Both the position numbers and the translations under genes were made by a program. A stretch of 63,162 nucleotides of DNA, counting the filler, from Stramenopiles sp. TOSAG23-6 (taxonomy: Eukaryota), in the NCBI GenBank assembly GCA_900128565.1. It is 40 parts of 40 records of this genome, joined end to end, with 100 filler letters (N's around TTAATTAATTAA, not from the genome) between each part and the next. Parts side by side here need not be neighbours in the genome. Positions count along the whole stretch, not along the records: positions 36,464 to 37,944 come from LT638997.1; positions 38,045 to 39,525 come from LT638998.1; positions 39,626 to 41,106 come from LT638999.1; positions 41,207 to 42,686 come from LT639000.1; positions 42,787 to 44,265 come from LT639001.1; positions 44,366 to 45,844 come from LT639002.1; positions 45,945 to 47,422 come from LT639003.1; positions 47,523 to 48,999 come from LT639004.1; 32 more parts are not named here. One strand, given 5' to 3'. Below, piece by piece: positions 37,638-49,152 of this stretch. The notes beneath the pieces are model-generated. The model was not told where the DNA came from, did not search any database, and saw only the letters and a list, made by a program, of their open reading frames with translations. Position 1 is the first letter of the stretch, and each line of letters begins with the position of its first letter.

Positions 37638-37889
37638 CTAAGCTGCCGTAAATTCTGCTGGAAAGTTGCTATATCCAGCAGTAATGATACCTACAATCAC
37701 ACCAAAGATTCCGAGCGCAGAGCCAAAAATTTCAACAATTAAAATTTTCACAAATAAAGAAGGATTTTGTGCGTCACTCAATGCACAACTACTCCCTGCA
37801 ATACCGACACATATACCCGAACCTATATTAGTAATCCCTACTGATAAACCTGCGGATAATACGGCAAACGACGAATAGTAAGCCGAATA
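37638..37889 (-). CDS. VMA16: V-ATPase proteolipid subunit c'', last exon
   Basis: [45 protein letters not shown]. Confidence 0.93.
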   Translation of the reverse strand, partial: YSAYYSSFAVLSAGLSVGITNIGSGICVGIAGSSCALSDAQNPSLFVKILIVEIFGSALGIFGVIVGIITAGYSNFPAEFTAA

Positions 37890-38819
37890 ATGCATTATGA
37901 AAAATATTTCAAAATTTAAAATCGTTAGGTACAAAATTTCGTACNNNNNNNNNNNNNNNNNNNNNNNNNNNNNNNNNNNNNNNNNNNNTTAATTAATTAA
38001 NNNNNNNNNNNNNNNNNNNNNNNNNNNNNNNNNNNNNNNNNNNNCAAAAAAGTGATGCGCCAGCAAGTATAATAGACGCAGGGGAAAAAACGTTCAATTC
38101 CATAAAGCTCGCTTTACAAAAAGATGAAATACGTTAGTTTGTTTTGATACTATCGTTGAAAAATGATTAAATAAGAATAATAAAACGAATTCTATAGAAA
38201 GTGAATCTTTGCACATTCGAGTTCGAAAGTCTCTAATCACTTCATGTGCAATTAACGAATTTTGAATTTACTCAGTGCCATAGCCTTTCAAAGTGGAGGG
38301 TATAGAAACAAGAATTATACTCTAAAAAACACTAGGGTTATCTATATATTTCATCCTATCTACGGAGATACACCGCATGCGATAAAGGATACAAACAATA
38401 CGAAACCCTAACCCTAAAGAGAATGAACCAAATCGAACAATTTTTTTTACAACTCAACGACCGTGATGGATGCATTTCAAACAAATTCTCTCAGTAAAAG
38501 AGTTTCAATCAGGAACTTATCGAATACCCGGTTAGAGTATACGATAAATGAATCTTGATCTCAAACTTAAATAGGTTATTTCTTCAATGAGAATAGTTGG
38601 AAATTCGTGTTTACTTGAACAAGTTGAGCCATCATGTTGTATAATAACGATCAACTTGCATTACGAGTAAATTGTCATTCCACATACATCTGCGGTATCG
38701 CTGGATTTGTAATCAAAGTCATCCAGTATATAATGGCTATTTCACTTTGAAATACCTTGTTACTACATACGACGGAAAACAAAACTTCATGACTGATAGA
38801 ATATATTAGTTTAACTTAC

Positions 38820-39114
38820 ATTTCTGGTAGTATGCGACGATAGATTTAGCAATAGCTTGACGGATAGCATAGATCTGAGAAACATGACCTCCACCTTTTA
38901 CACGGACACGGATATCAACCTTACCGAAGTAATCAGCTCCGAGCAATAAGACTGGTTCAACAGCCTTCTGGCGAAGTGGAGCTGGTTCGAGAAGCTCGAT
39001 TGGCTTTCCGTTGACACGGACTACACCGCGTCCTGCCTTGCAGTAGGATACTGCGACAGCAGACTTCTTGCGTCCGAATACTTGTACAGACTGAATTTTT
39101 TTAATGCCGTCCAT
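38820..39114 (-). CDS. RPS16: 40S ribosomal protein S16 (uS9), first exon
   Basis: [14 protein letters not shown]...[30 protein letters not shown], followed by a GTAAGT donor at 38819. Confidence 0.97.
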
Positions 39115-39625
39115 TATACTGATCTTGGTTTGCGTCGTCGCGAAAAANNNNNNNNNNNNNNNNNNNNNNNNNNNNNNNNNNNNNNNNNNNNNNNNNNNNN
39201 NNNNNGCACGGGAAAAAGGAGGCAAAAGCAACACACAGAGAGAAGAAGCGCACGAGGGTGGTCAAAAAAAACACTGAACACAAAATTTGGACAAACCTGT
39301 TTTTTTGAAATGAAACTTTTTTTTTTAACTTTTTTTGTCAGTTAAATTTTTTTGAGAGATCTTCGATTTACTGTTGTATTTATTGAGTCCTCCCAAAAAC
39401 AGCCACGATAATGCTTATTGCGTTCTTCTGGTGATAAAGTTTTAATTTGTGTATATCATGTTTCAAAGGAAGAAAAATCAAAAGGCCGAAAAAGAGCCAG
39501 ATATATTTGATTTTTCAAAAGATAGNNNNNNNNNNNNNNNNNNNNNNNNNNNNNNNNNNNNNNNNNNNNTTAATTAATTAANNNNNNNNNNNNNNNNNNN
39601 NNNNNNNNNNNNNNNNNNNNNNNNN

Positions 39626-40195
39626 ATATTTGTGCGTGAAATGAGCGTTTCAGTCAATGACGCAAATATTTCGAAATCGGAGTTAGTTTCGATGGGTGGA
39701 TTATTTCAACCTGCAGTGTTTGAGGGAACTCCTGCAATTTTAGAGATTCCTTTAAAAATACCTCCACATAGTTCAGCTATAATTTCTGTACCATTTGAAG
39801 CTGCGTTTTTACATTTGGAAGATTTTCCAGCTGATCCCTCACGTGGATTGGATCTTCCAGTATCTGTTGTGTCTGTAGTAGATGGATATGGAAGAGATAG
39901 TAAAATAGACAATGAATGTGATGAGACGGATGATTCAATAGAAAGTTCACCTTTAGTTGAATACATTGGGTTAGTTTGTGCAAAAAAACATCAATTGAAA
40001 AATGCTATTGGAAAAGAAAAGTCGTTTAAGCGTGATCATGTGCGGATTTATTCAAATTTACTTCTTGTTTTTATGCCCATGCCAGACTTTTCAATGCCGT
40101 ATAATGTAATTACTTTGAGTTCAACTCTTATTGCATTAATAACAGGTTCTTTAATAAATCTATATACACGCAAACGAAAAGGGAAAAAGGAATAA
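39626..40195 (+). CDS. PIGT: GPI transamidase subunit PIG-T/Gpi16, C-terminus
   Basis: FPADPSRGLDL...PDFSMPYNVITLSST. Confidence 0.93.
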   Translation: MFVREMSVSVNDANISKSELVSMGGLFQPAVFEGTPAILEIPLKIPPHSSAIISVPFEAAFLHLEDFPADPSRGLDLPVSVVSVVDGYGRDSKIDNECDETDDSIESSPLVEYIGLVCAKKHQLKNAIGKEKSFKRDHVRIYSNLLLVFMPMPDFSMPYNVITLSSTLIALITGSLINLYTRKRKGKKE

Positions 40196-40272
40196 GTAGT
40201 GAAGATTGATAAGAAAAAGAAGACATAAGAGATTTTAAAATGGTTGTTTTTTTTTGTTCAATTAAATTTACT

Positions 40273-41106
40273 TTATTTCACTTTATCAAGAAAATCACGA
40301 ATCTGTCCATCTAATGCATTGGCTAAATGACGTGTAACATGTCCACAACTATTTTGCTTTGTGTTACGAGTCAATCGATAAATATAGTCGTGTAGATCTT
40401 TTACTGTAGAAATGAAATCTTTACAGCGGCGAATCCGATCATCAAAACTTATAGGTTGTGAACTTACTGTACCAACTATACCATCTTCAGAATCTTTCAC
40501 AATATTTATTGTATCTCTAATATAATCAACATGAGATGAAATCAATGCTCGAGTTACTTGAATAGCAGAAATACAATAGCTTGCGTTAACTTTTGGTTGT
40601 TTTGATTGATGAGCATACTGAAATATGGAAGGTATAATTGATAAAAGTGCACAACTTTCTTGAAGAGAAAATCGTGCCCTACTAACATCNNNNNNNAAAT
40701 ATCTATTATTATTTGCTGAGGTTTTGCTGTAGCTATCAGTTTGATTTGTTTAATAAAATCAATGGTATTACCATTGTTCCATGATTTCTTAAGAGGTTCA
40801 ACAATATTTAATCTGTGATTCATTTCATCGATAAAATCTTCACTCTTATGACAGATTTCTAATTGAATATGATGGTCCATAGTATTAGCATTGTTGTATG
40901 GTGGACTCAAAAAATCATTGTAGTCTAAATTCACAATGTAATCTCTCCTAGATGAAATCATCATATTGTTATTAGTACTATCGGTATTTGTTGTGCCTTG
41001 TTTTTCTTCATTATGATGTCTATTTAAATTATCTAACGAATTTATCATTTTGTCTTTAGTAGGTTCAACTGATGATGATACATCCCTGGCTGCTTTTTTA
41101 CTCTCA
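40273..41106 (-). CDS. Katanin p80 C-terminal (con80) domain, gapped
   Basis: FIDEMNHRLNIVEPLKKSWNNGN...ISFDDRIRRCK. Confidence 0.7.
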
Positions 41107-41206
41107 NNNNNNNNNNNNNNNNNNNNNNNNNNNNNNNNNNNNNNNNNNNNTTAATTAATTAANNNNNNNNNNNNNNNNNNNNNNNNNNNNNNNNNNNNNN
41201 NNNNNN

Positions 41207-42642
41207 TTCGCATCGCTCTAACCTATTAGATTATGCTTTACTGCATTTAACAGTTTCACAAATATATAGAGCAGAAAATATTGAGAGCCAAAATGATGCT
41301 TTCATTAGTGAAAATATACAAAATGATGCCTTCATTAGTGAAAATATGAACATTTTAAGCCTTTCAATATCAAAAATGTCATTTGCTTCCTTTCAAATAG
41401 CAATGTTACTACACACACTCAACAGAGATCTTCCTGTGCGTTTAAATAATATAAAATGTTCATCGAAGTTGCTCTCAGGTATAAAAGGTAAAAGCACACC
41501 TTGTAGTAAATACTATGCATTTTTTGCTCTCAGTTTGCAAGTAGATTATGGTCGATTAACGTATGAAGAGATATCACTGGTTTCTAATCAATGGAATTCA
41601 GATTCAAAATGTATTGTAGAATTGAGTGGCATTACTCCAAAATACAATGGAATCATTGATCATGAGAAAAGTGAAACCAAAATGGATAATTTCACCTTTG
41701 CCTCTTTATCTCTCAGAAGTATTAGTCAATATAATTTAGCAGTTGCGTGGGCAAAAAACTTAAAGTCAAAATACGGTCATGGTTTTAACCCAAATATAGG
41801 CGGTAAATGGTGGTCCGCACCCCTGACATTAGTGACTAAAAGCATTGACAGCCTTCGAAAAGTAATCCATCACCACGTATGTTTTATTTTTTTTTCAAAT
41901 TCGATTTTTTTTCGTAAGAAATTTCGTACCTAACGATTCTCTCCTGTTCTTTATAGAATTAGAGAAAATATGGCACAATTGCTGAAACTGGCAGGTGTAT
42001 TACAAATAAGATTACATGCTGCATCTGGAAACATTCATGAAGTACAAAATACCCAACTGAGAGATGTTTTAGAATTCTACAATAGCAAAGAAGAGTTTGC
42101 AAAAAAGTATAAACTTGACTTTGAAAGTTTGTCTGTTGATTCGTATAAGAAAATGGATATTACAGCACGAGCTCTTGAAACATTATCCGGTATCTTTAAT
42201 GAATTTGGTATTAATGAGAGTAAGAAAAAAGAAACAAACCAAAAATGCAATGTAGAATCGTCTTTATATACTGAAGAAAAAGGCATGTGTGACTTAAGCA
42301 TAGGCGTGAATGTAGTAGATGATCAAAATAGTAATGATCAAATGCGACTATCTGAGGCAATACATAAATTTTTGAAGAGTTCAAATGTATCCAATAATGC
42401 GTCAATTATAGATCAAGTGGTACCGGAAGCTCTAATGAAGCATCCCTTTATGTTTGATTGGAATGCAACTCTTTTAGCCGGCGAACCGCTAACCAAGGTG
42501 GCTAGCAATATTGCGTATGAAGCATGTAAAGCAGCAAATTTGTCTGTCGACTCTGCAAGGTTTTCATCTGATTGTGTATCTGATTTAACTCGTAGATGGC
42601 TGACTATTTTACCCCACTCAATCACTGAGCAAGCTAAGCCTA
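41207..42642 (+). CDS. Hypothetical helical protein, internal exons (intron 41877-41954)
   Basis: Two long ORFs in the same frame separated by a family intron containing a stop. Confidence 0.65.
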
Positions 42643-42939
42643 TGTATGTTTTATTTTTTTAATTTCGATTTTTTTTTTCATAGGAANNNNNNNNNNNNNN
42701 NNNNNNNNNNNNNNNNNNNNNNNNNNNNNNTTAATTAATTAANNNNNNNNNNNNNNNNNNNNNNNNNNNNNNNNNNNNNNNNNNNNATAGGTTTAAATAG
42801 ATTAAAAATAAAAAAAATGAGCTTGAAAAACTTTTTTTTTATATTGACTGCATATTTCAAGTAGAAAAAAAAGAAAAAAAAGGTAGTTTAATCCAAATGT
42901 ACATAATAGTTTTTTTTCTTTCTTTTCAATCCTAATTAT

Positions 42940-43524
42940 TTATTCAAGAGTTACATTAATATGTGGATTCCTTGTCAATAAGACGGTTAAAAAACCAGTA
43001 ATTTTTTTATTTTTATCTACGTCTATCCCATATGAATCTATCCGGCCTTTTAATGGTAATCGAGCTTGCAATGGGAACTCAAATGTAGGAATGTAAAAAC
43101 CTCGTAGAGGGTCAGGTTTCCCCAAAGGTATCGTGACTTCTCCGGCAAAGTCGTCCTTCCCCATACTGTCTTTATCCCAAACTTGCAGAACAATCCTTGT
43201 GTTCATTGAGTGTAGTGAAGGAACATGTTTTAAGTGATACCAGCTAGGGCAACCAGTATTATCATGTTTTATTGTAGCAGTCTTGAATCTCAGTTTCTTC
43301 AATTCTGCAGAAGAATGATGCCTCGGATCGATCCATGGAATATCATCAAAAAACATTACTTTAACGTAAAAGTCGCCCCTGTGTTTTTCGATATTCAGTT
43401 CACAGTTGCGAACATTTTCTGCTTTCATTATGACGAGTTTGAATGGGTCTATTGCAAATTCTGTTTGTTCTTTACGACACTGAAGCATACGACAACATTC
43501 TGTCCCCATTATGGCGTAGAGCAA
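42940..43524 (-). CDS. C2-domain protein
   Basis: DFYVKV...PSW...LQVWDKDSMGKDDFAGEVTIPL. Confidence 0.85.
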   Translation of the reverse strand: MLYAIMGTECCRMLQCRKEQTEFAIDPFKLVIMKAENVRNCELNIEKHRGDFYVKVMFFDDIPWIDPRHHSSAELKKLRFKTATIKHDNTGCPSWYHLKHVPSLHSMNTRIVLQVWDKDSMGKDDFAGEVTIPLGKPDPLRGFYIPTFEFPLQARLPLKGRIDSYGIDVDKNKKITGFLTVLLTRNPHINVTLE

Positions 43525-43805
43525 ATGTAAAACGATTTGATGGTTGACCAGTTTGGTAATCGTTGGCGTTGGTAATTCAGTAATTCAATTGTACCAATTG
43601 TAGCGAATTGTAGTCGTTACAAAACAAACCTGGAAAACCTCCGCGGGACGACGATTTCGTGGTCCCAGAGCAGAGTACCGGGTACGTGGGTTTTCGTTTT
43701 CGAAAAAGAGAAAAGAGAGAAAAGGAGAAAAGATTCGAATTCGAATAACAAAAAAAACAAAAGACTTTTTTTTATTGAATTGTGTCGAGAGAAAACATAA
43801 AAAGC

Positions 43806-44265
43806 ATGGCACAGATTGGGAATTCACATCCCATAACTCTTGTACGCGAAGTAATTGATGATGATCTTTCGAAAATGACATCTCTTGATGAAAAGATGGT
43901 ATCTGAACTTCAAGCTCCAGGAAAATTGCCTATGCCCCAGTATGGAGCTAAATGGTTTGAGCGTCACTGTTCTCCAAGCCGTACGGCTTTTAGTAACTAT
44001 CACTCGCTTGCCGCGATTATTGATGGCAAGTCTGTAGGTTTTATCATATACTATAGATGTGGTCCTAGTGTTGGTGATGCAGGTGATACCTCAGCTAGTG
44101 TGGAAAATAATACAATGAAGAAAAAAACAAAGAAAAAAAAAAAAAGAGTTCTTTTAGGTCGAGATGCGTGGGCAGAAATTCTTTGGATATGCGTGGATAA
44201 AGAATACCGTCGACGCGGTATTGGTAGAACATTAATTTTATCAACTGCACAGTATGTGCGCCTTG
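43806..44265 (+). CDS. GNAT acetyltransferase, partial
   Basis: AEILWICVDKEYRRRGIGRTLI motif A. Confidence 0.88.
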
Positions 44266-44794
44266 NNNNNNNNNNNNNNNNNNNNNNNNNNNNNNNNNNN
44301 NNNNNNNNNTTAATTAATTAANNNNNNNNNNNNNNNNNNNNNNNNNNNNNNNNNNNNNNNNNNNNAGACAAAGTGTATCGAATGTTTTAGGAGATATTGA
44401 TTTTGATTTTTATCACACTAGTTTTGATTCTGTTTGTACGTTTTTAGTAACCCTAACCCTAAGAACTTTCAAAAAAAAAAATTTAATACAAAATTTCATA
44501 CCTAACAAAATAGTAATCAAAATTTTTTTAAATATGTACCAAAATATATTTATAATCAGTGCAATTGTGAGTAGTATAATTTTATTTATATCACATAAAT
44601 CAAAAATGTCAAGAATTAATCCTGCTTATAATCAAGTTGGAACTTTTGCCAATATTGGAGATGAAGCTCAAATGTTCAATCCATTTGGTTCATTTTCTAC
44701 CACTACAACTAGACCAAAAGGTACAAAAAAATGGTAGAAAAAAAAAAAAACAGATATCAATTTCAAACCCTAACCCTAATAAAAATGATAAAGA

Positions 44795-45493
44795 TTACTT
44801 ATTATTAATATTACGCACAGACTTACAATATCCCTCATGTTGTTTCTCTCCAACTGGCCCATTCTCTTCAAAAGAAAACAAATGTTCCTGTTTCACTCTA
44901 TCTCCATCAAAGACAATTCCCTCCTCTATTAAAATCTGTTTTTTTCGTGCTACTTCTGGTGAATTTCCATCCCAACTACCTGAGAAACCACCAAGACGTA
45001 AGTCTGAAGCAATAACTCTGTGACAAGGGATCATTGGAGCCCAATGATTTCTCCGCAATGCACCTCCTACAGCACGATATGAATTTGGTGAGCCTAAACC
45101 GATTGCAATGAATTTATATGTTGATACCTTCCCTTTTGGAATTTGGAAACAAAGTGACAATACTCTGCGTTGAAAGTCAGAAGGTTGATTTGTATCTTTT
45201 GTTCTGGCAAAAATAGCGTCTATTGAATCATGAGTTTTATTTGACATACGAATACGGTAAATTCCTCTATGTGATTTAGGATTGGCTATAACTTTGCCGC
45301 CTTTTGTAAAAACAACGATATTCTCTTCTGCCAATTCTAAAGCAATCTTTTTCACAATTGTCATAATCTTGAGCTCTCTCCATTTTTTTGGTTCAATACT
45401 GCGAGCTACTTCTGATGGACATATTGTCTTGGATACACCCCGTAGTTTCGTTAATCGAATTATTTCATCTCTAATTTGTTGTACAATTACCAT
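44795..45493 (-). CDS. DUF3253 winged helix fused to O6-alkylguanine-DNA alkyltransferase (Ogt/MGMT) domain
   Basis: KTICPSEVAR...WREL...RGIYRIR followed by IPKGKVSTY...RAVGGAL...IPCHRVI. Confidence 0.85.
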   Translation of the reverse strand: MVIVQQIRDEIIRLTKLRGVSKTICPSEVARSIEPKKWRELKIMTIVKKIALELAEENIVVFTKGGKVIANPKSHRGIYRIRMSNKTHDSIDAIFARTKDTNQPSDFQRRVLSLCFQIPKGKVSTYKFIAIGLGSPNSYRAVGGALRRNHWAPMIPCHRVIASDLRLGGFSGSWDGNSPEVARKKQILIEEGIVFDGDRVKQEHLFSFEENGPVGEKQHEGYCKSVRNINNK

Positions 45494-45944
45494 TATAATA
45501 AGGCTATATATCCTTTTATATATAGTAACTCGAAGTGGAGAGTGACTTTGTGATTTTGACTGACACGACACGAGNNNNNNNNNNNNNNNNNNNNNNNNNN
45601 NNNNNNNNNNNNNNNNNNTTGTATGTATTTATTTTATTATATATAGCTTTTATATATCATTATCTGAAACCATACCATTAGGGTTAGGGTTAGAATTAAC
45701 TTCTTCAAGAAAAGGAAAACTAGACTGTGTGCCTTTCCTAGTAACACTTATTCCCGAGACTTCATTTGCTAGTATACATGATTTCTCTATAGAATATTTT
45801 TGTGATAAATAATGCCCTAAAGCCCCATGGGTTTCAAAAAATATNNNNNNNNNNNNNNNNNNNNNNNNNNNNNNNNNNNNNNNNNNNNTTAATTAATTAA
45901 NNNNNNNNNNNNNNNNNNNNNNNNNNNNNNNNNNNNNNNNNNNN

Positions 45945-47422
45945 CGTGAGGAAAATCTTGCATGGTGTCTCTCGACAGAATTTCCTGCTGCTCGAGCTAA
46001 GTTTGTCGCTTCATTGCGTGAAATCATGCCAGGTTTATTGCATAATATTGCTGATCTTGTACGTTGTCTCATTTAATTTCAATTTTTTTTTGGTTTCATA
46101 CGAAATTTTGTACCTAACATGTTTACTTTTTTGAAATATTTGTTCACAATACTTCGATCTCAAATTGTGAAAGAAGTAACGTCTTCTTTATCAGCTTTTT
46201 CTCTTGTATTAGGGAAAGATTTGGATCCTCTTGCAAGCAAACTAATTGAAAGTTTATTGAAATTAACGTATATTACAATTCAATGTATTCGAGATTCGGG
46301 GTCAGATTGTCTGCGTAACATTATTCTATGTACGTCGACTGGCTTTCCTCGCGCAGTGATTAAAATTTTAGACGGCGCCAATTCAAAAAATGAAAAGTTG
46401 AGATGTCATGCAATGGCATGCCTTGCATTGGCTCTACGTCAATGGAATCCTTCCAGCTTTTCCAAAACAATTACTGAAGTGACTGCATCTATTAAAGCTG
46501 GCATAAGTGGATCTAGTCCTGATGTCAGGAGTACTGCAAGACAAGCACTTTTATGTCTAGAAATATCTTTCCCTGAAGAAGCACACCGTGTTGAAGCAGG
46601 TTTAAATCAAAGAAATATTCGTCAAATGCAACGTGATCGTTCAGAATTTTCTCCATCTCGTTTTGATACACTAGGACCAACACTTGGATCTACAGTAACA
46701 GATTCATCTTGTGCGGTTCAAAAATCATCTAAATATGGAAATTCTAAGCATCGGAGTAATGATAAAGCAACGACTACTATTCCCACAAGGAATCATCCTA
46801 AAACGAAATCAGTTTTTTCTCATAGTTACAGTGAATCTACTGGCACCAGCAATACTAGTGGTCCAGTAAGAGTTCACCAGCGTGATGAAAGAAGAGCTCC
46901 TTTTCACAATGCATCTGATTCTCATAGAGGAGGAAATTTATCTAAAGCTAAATGTCATTCTAATGAACATATGTCTACACAAGCATTACGGGTTGTAGCT
47001 CCAGCCCAACGTCATAGTGGACATCCATATCAAGGCGNNNNNNNNNNNNNNNNNNNNNNNNNNNCATCGTACACAACATTCAAGGATACATAGCCATACG
47101 AAACACAACCAAGATGAAAGTAGTACAAGTCTTGGCGGTGCTCGGAGAGTTACAACGAATACGTCTTCTATATCTCAATCATCACACGGTGCAAACATTT
47201 CTACGGATGTTCAACGTGATGAACAAGGAGCTCGTAGAATAGCTTCGACGACTTCAGAATCACATGTCACATCTGGTGTGCGCAAGCAAACAGTTAATAC
47301 AATGTCTGACATGGAACTCACAGATTCAGAAACTGCAAAACAACTTACATTGTCACAACTACTTCGTTTATCAGCTGATGATCAATGGCATAGCCGAGCT
47401 GCTATATGCACTGGATTTTCAA
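45945..47422 (+). CDS. CLASP N-terminal TOG-domain protein (intron 46059-46154)
   Basis: IADL|RSQIVKE conserved DLRS motif; PDVRSTAR. Confidence 0.85.
46059..46154 (+). other. Introner-family intron, GT...TT, TT duplicated
   Basis: GAT CTT|GTACGT...CACAATAC-TT|CGA TCT restores DLRS. Confidence 0.88.
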
Positions 47423-47522
47423 NNNNNNNNNNNNNNNNNNNNNNNNNNNNNNNNNNNNNNNNNNNNTTAATTAATTAANNNNNNNNNNNNNNNNNNNNNN
47501 NNNNNNNNNNNNNNNNNNNNNN

Positions 47523-48365
47523 GAGGCAGAAGGTTGTATAAGATATCGGCGAGTGTTTAATGCAATTCAACGTCAGGTGGAAGAAGAAGTCAAAACAAAT
47601 TCAGGTTTAGATAGCGTTCCTCTCTCTGAAGCGATAGCATCATCAGCAGTAAAAACAGCAATGTATGTTTTTCATCATAAAAAAAGTTTCAATTTTTTTT
47701 CATACGAAATTTCGTACCTAAACAAAAAAAATATTTTTTTTTTTTTCACAATACATGGACATTGGCGCTAAAGCTATCGTAGTGCTTACACAAAGTGGAG
47801 CCACTGCCCGTTTAGTTGCTAAATATCGTCCAAGTCAACCAATATTATGTCTAACACCATCCACAGACACTGCACGAAATACAAATGGATTACTCCGGGG
47901 TGTGACATCGCGTGTTATGTACGTTTTTTTTGTACCAAATTTTGTACCTAACGAATTTTTTTTTTTTTTTTTTTTCATTCATTTCAAATTTTTTTTTCAT
48001 TGAAAATTTTGTACCTCATAATTTTTTTTTCTAAAAAAAAAATATGTTTTCACAATACATGAAATCAATGGAAGGTTCAGATGGCATTCTTAGACAAGCA
48101 GGTCTGTTAGCCAAAGAATTAGGGTGGGTGAATTCAGGGGATCTTTACGTAGCTATTCACGTATGTTTTTTTTTTGGTACGAAATTGTATACCTAACAAT
48201 TTCTTTTAAATCATTTGTTTCATCATTTATGTCCTTTTTTTTTTTTTTTAAATTTTTGTTACTTAACAAAACATTGAATGTCTGAAATATTTTTTCATAG
48301 TACATGGACAAATTGAAGGTCTTAGTGGTGAAACTAATTTGATGAAAGTACTAACAGTGTCTTAG
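47523..48365 (+). CDS. PK: Second pyruvate kinase, C-terminal exons (introns 47663-47756, 47919-48060, 48161-48305)
   Basis: EAIASSAVKTAM|DIGAKAIVVLTQSGATARLVAKYRP...SRVM|KSMEG...VAIH|GQIEGLSGETNLMKV. Confidence 0.93.
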
Positions 48366-48382
48366 TTTTATGTTTTTTTTTT

Positions 48383-48566
48383 TAAATAAAAGTAGAAATA
48401 TAAGACATTTCTTATTGTATGTTTTTTTTTAAAAAAAAAAGTAGAAATATAAGACATTTCTTATTGTATGGTTTTTAAAATAAAAGTAGAAATATAAGAC
48501 ATTTCTTATTGTATGGTTTTTAAAATAAAATAAAAGTAGAAATATAAGACATTTATTATTGTATGG
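48383..48566 (+). repeat. ~46-50-bp tandem repeat x4 between convergent genes
   Basis: AAAAGTAGAAATATAAGACATTTCTTATTGTATG repeated four times. Confidence 0.9.
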
Positions 48567-48597
48567 TACAATATATAAGATATCATATGCTAAAAGT

Positions 48598-48943
48598 TAT
48601 AATTCTTGTTCAAATTGATTAATGACGTCATTACTACGGTTTATAAATTGTTGAGCCATTGTCACATGAAAATTCAATGCGATTCGTTCGGCGCGTCGTA
48701 CGTAAGCCAAAACTTTCTTATTCATTGATGCTGAAACGTCACTACATGTTTTTCTATCATTTTCTTCAGAAAATTTACCATTATACGCAGGACTTTTAAT
48801 TTTTTTTTGAATAATTTGTAGAAATTGAGTATATGCTAGAGTTTCATTTTCCTTGGAAACAAATCCTAAGAATGAATTGTCTTTATCCCACGAATTCTCT
48901 ACTTTTGAAAAATCATTTTCAGTAAGATTTGATAAACGAAGGC
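48598..48943 (-). CDS. Last exon, SET/Rubisco-LSMT substrate-binding-like (absent from the ORF track)
   Basis: LRLSNL...FVSKENETLAY...LAYVRRAERIAL, open to a stop and preceded by a family acceptor. Confidence 0.6.
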
Positions 48944-49152
48944 ATGTATTTTGGAAAAATATTTCAAAAAAAAAAACTTAAATTTGTTAGGTACAAAATN
49001 NNNNNNNNNNNNNNNNNNNNNNNNNNNNNNNNNNNNNNNNNNNTTAATTAATTAANNNNNNNNNNNNNNNNNNNNNNNNNNNNNNNNNNNNNNNNNNNNA
49101 TAAAAATTTTGTACCTAACGATTTTTTTTTGAAATATTTTTCCAAAATACAT

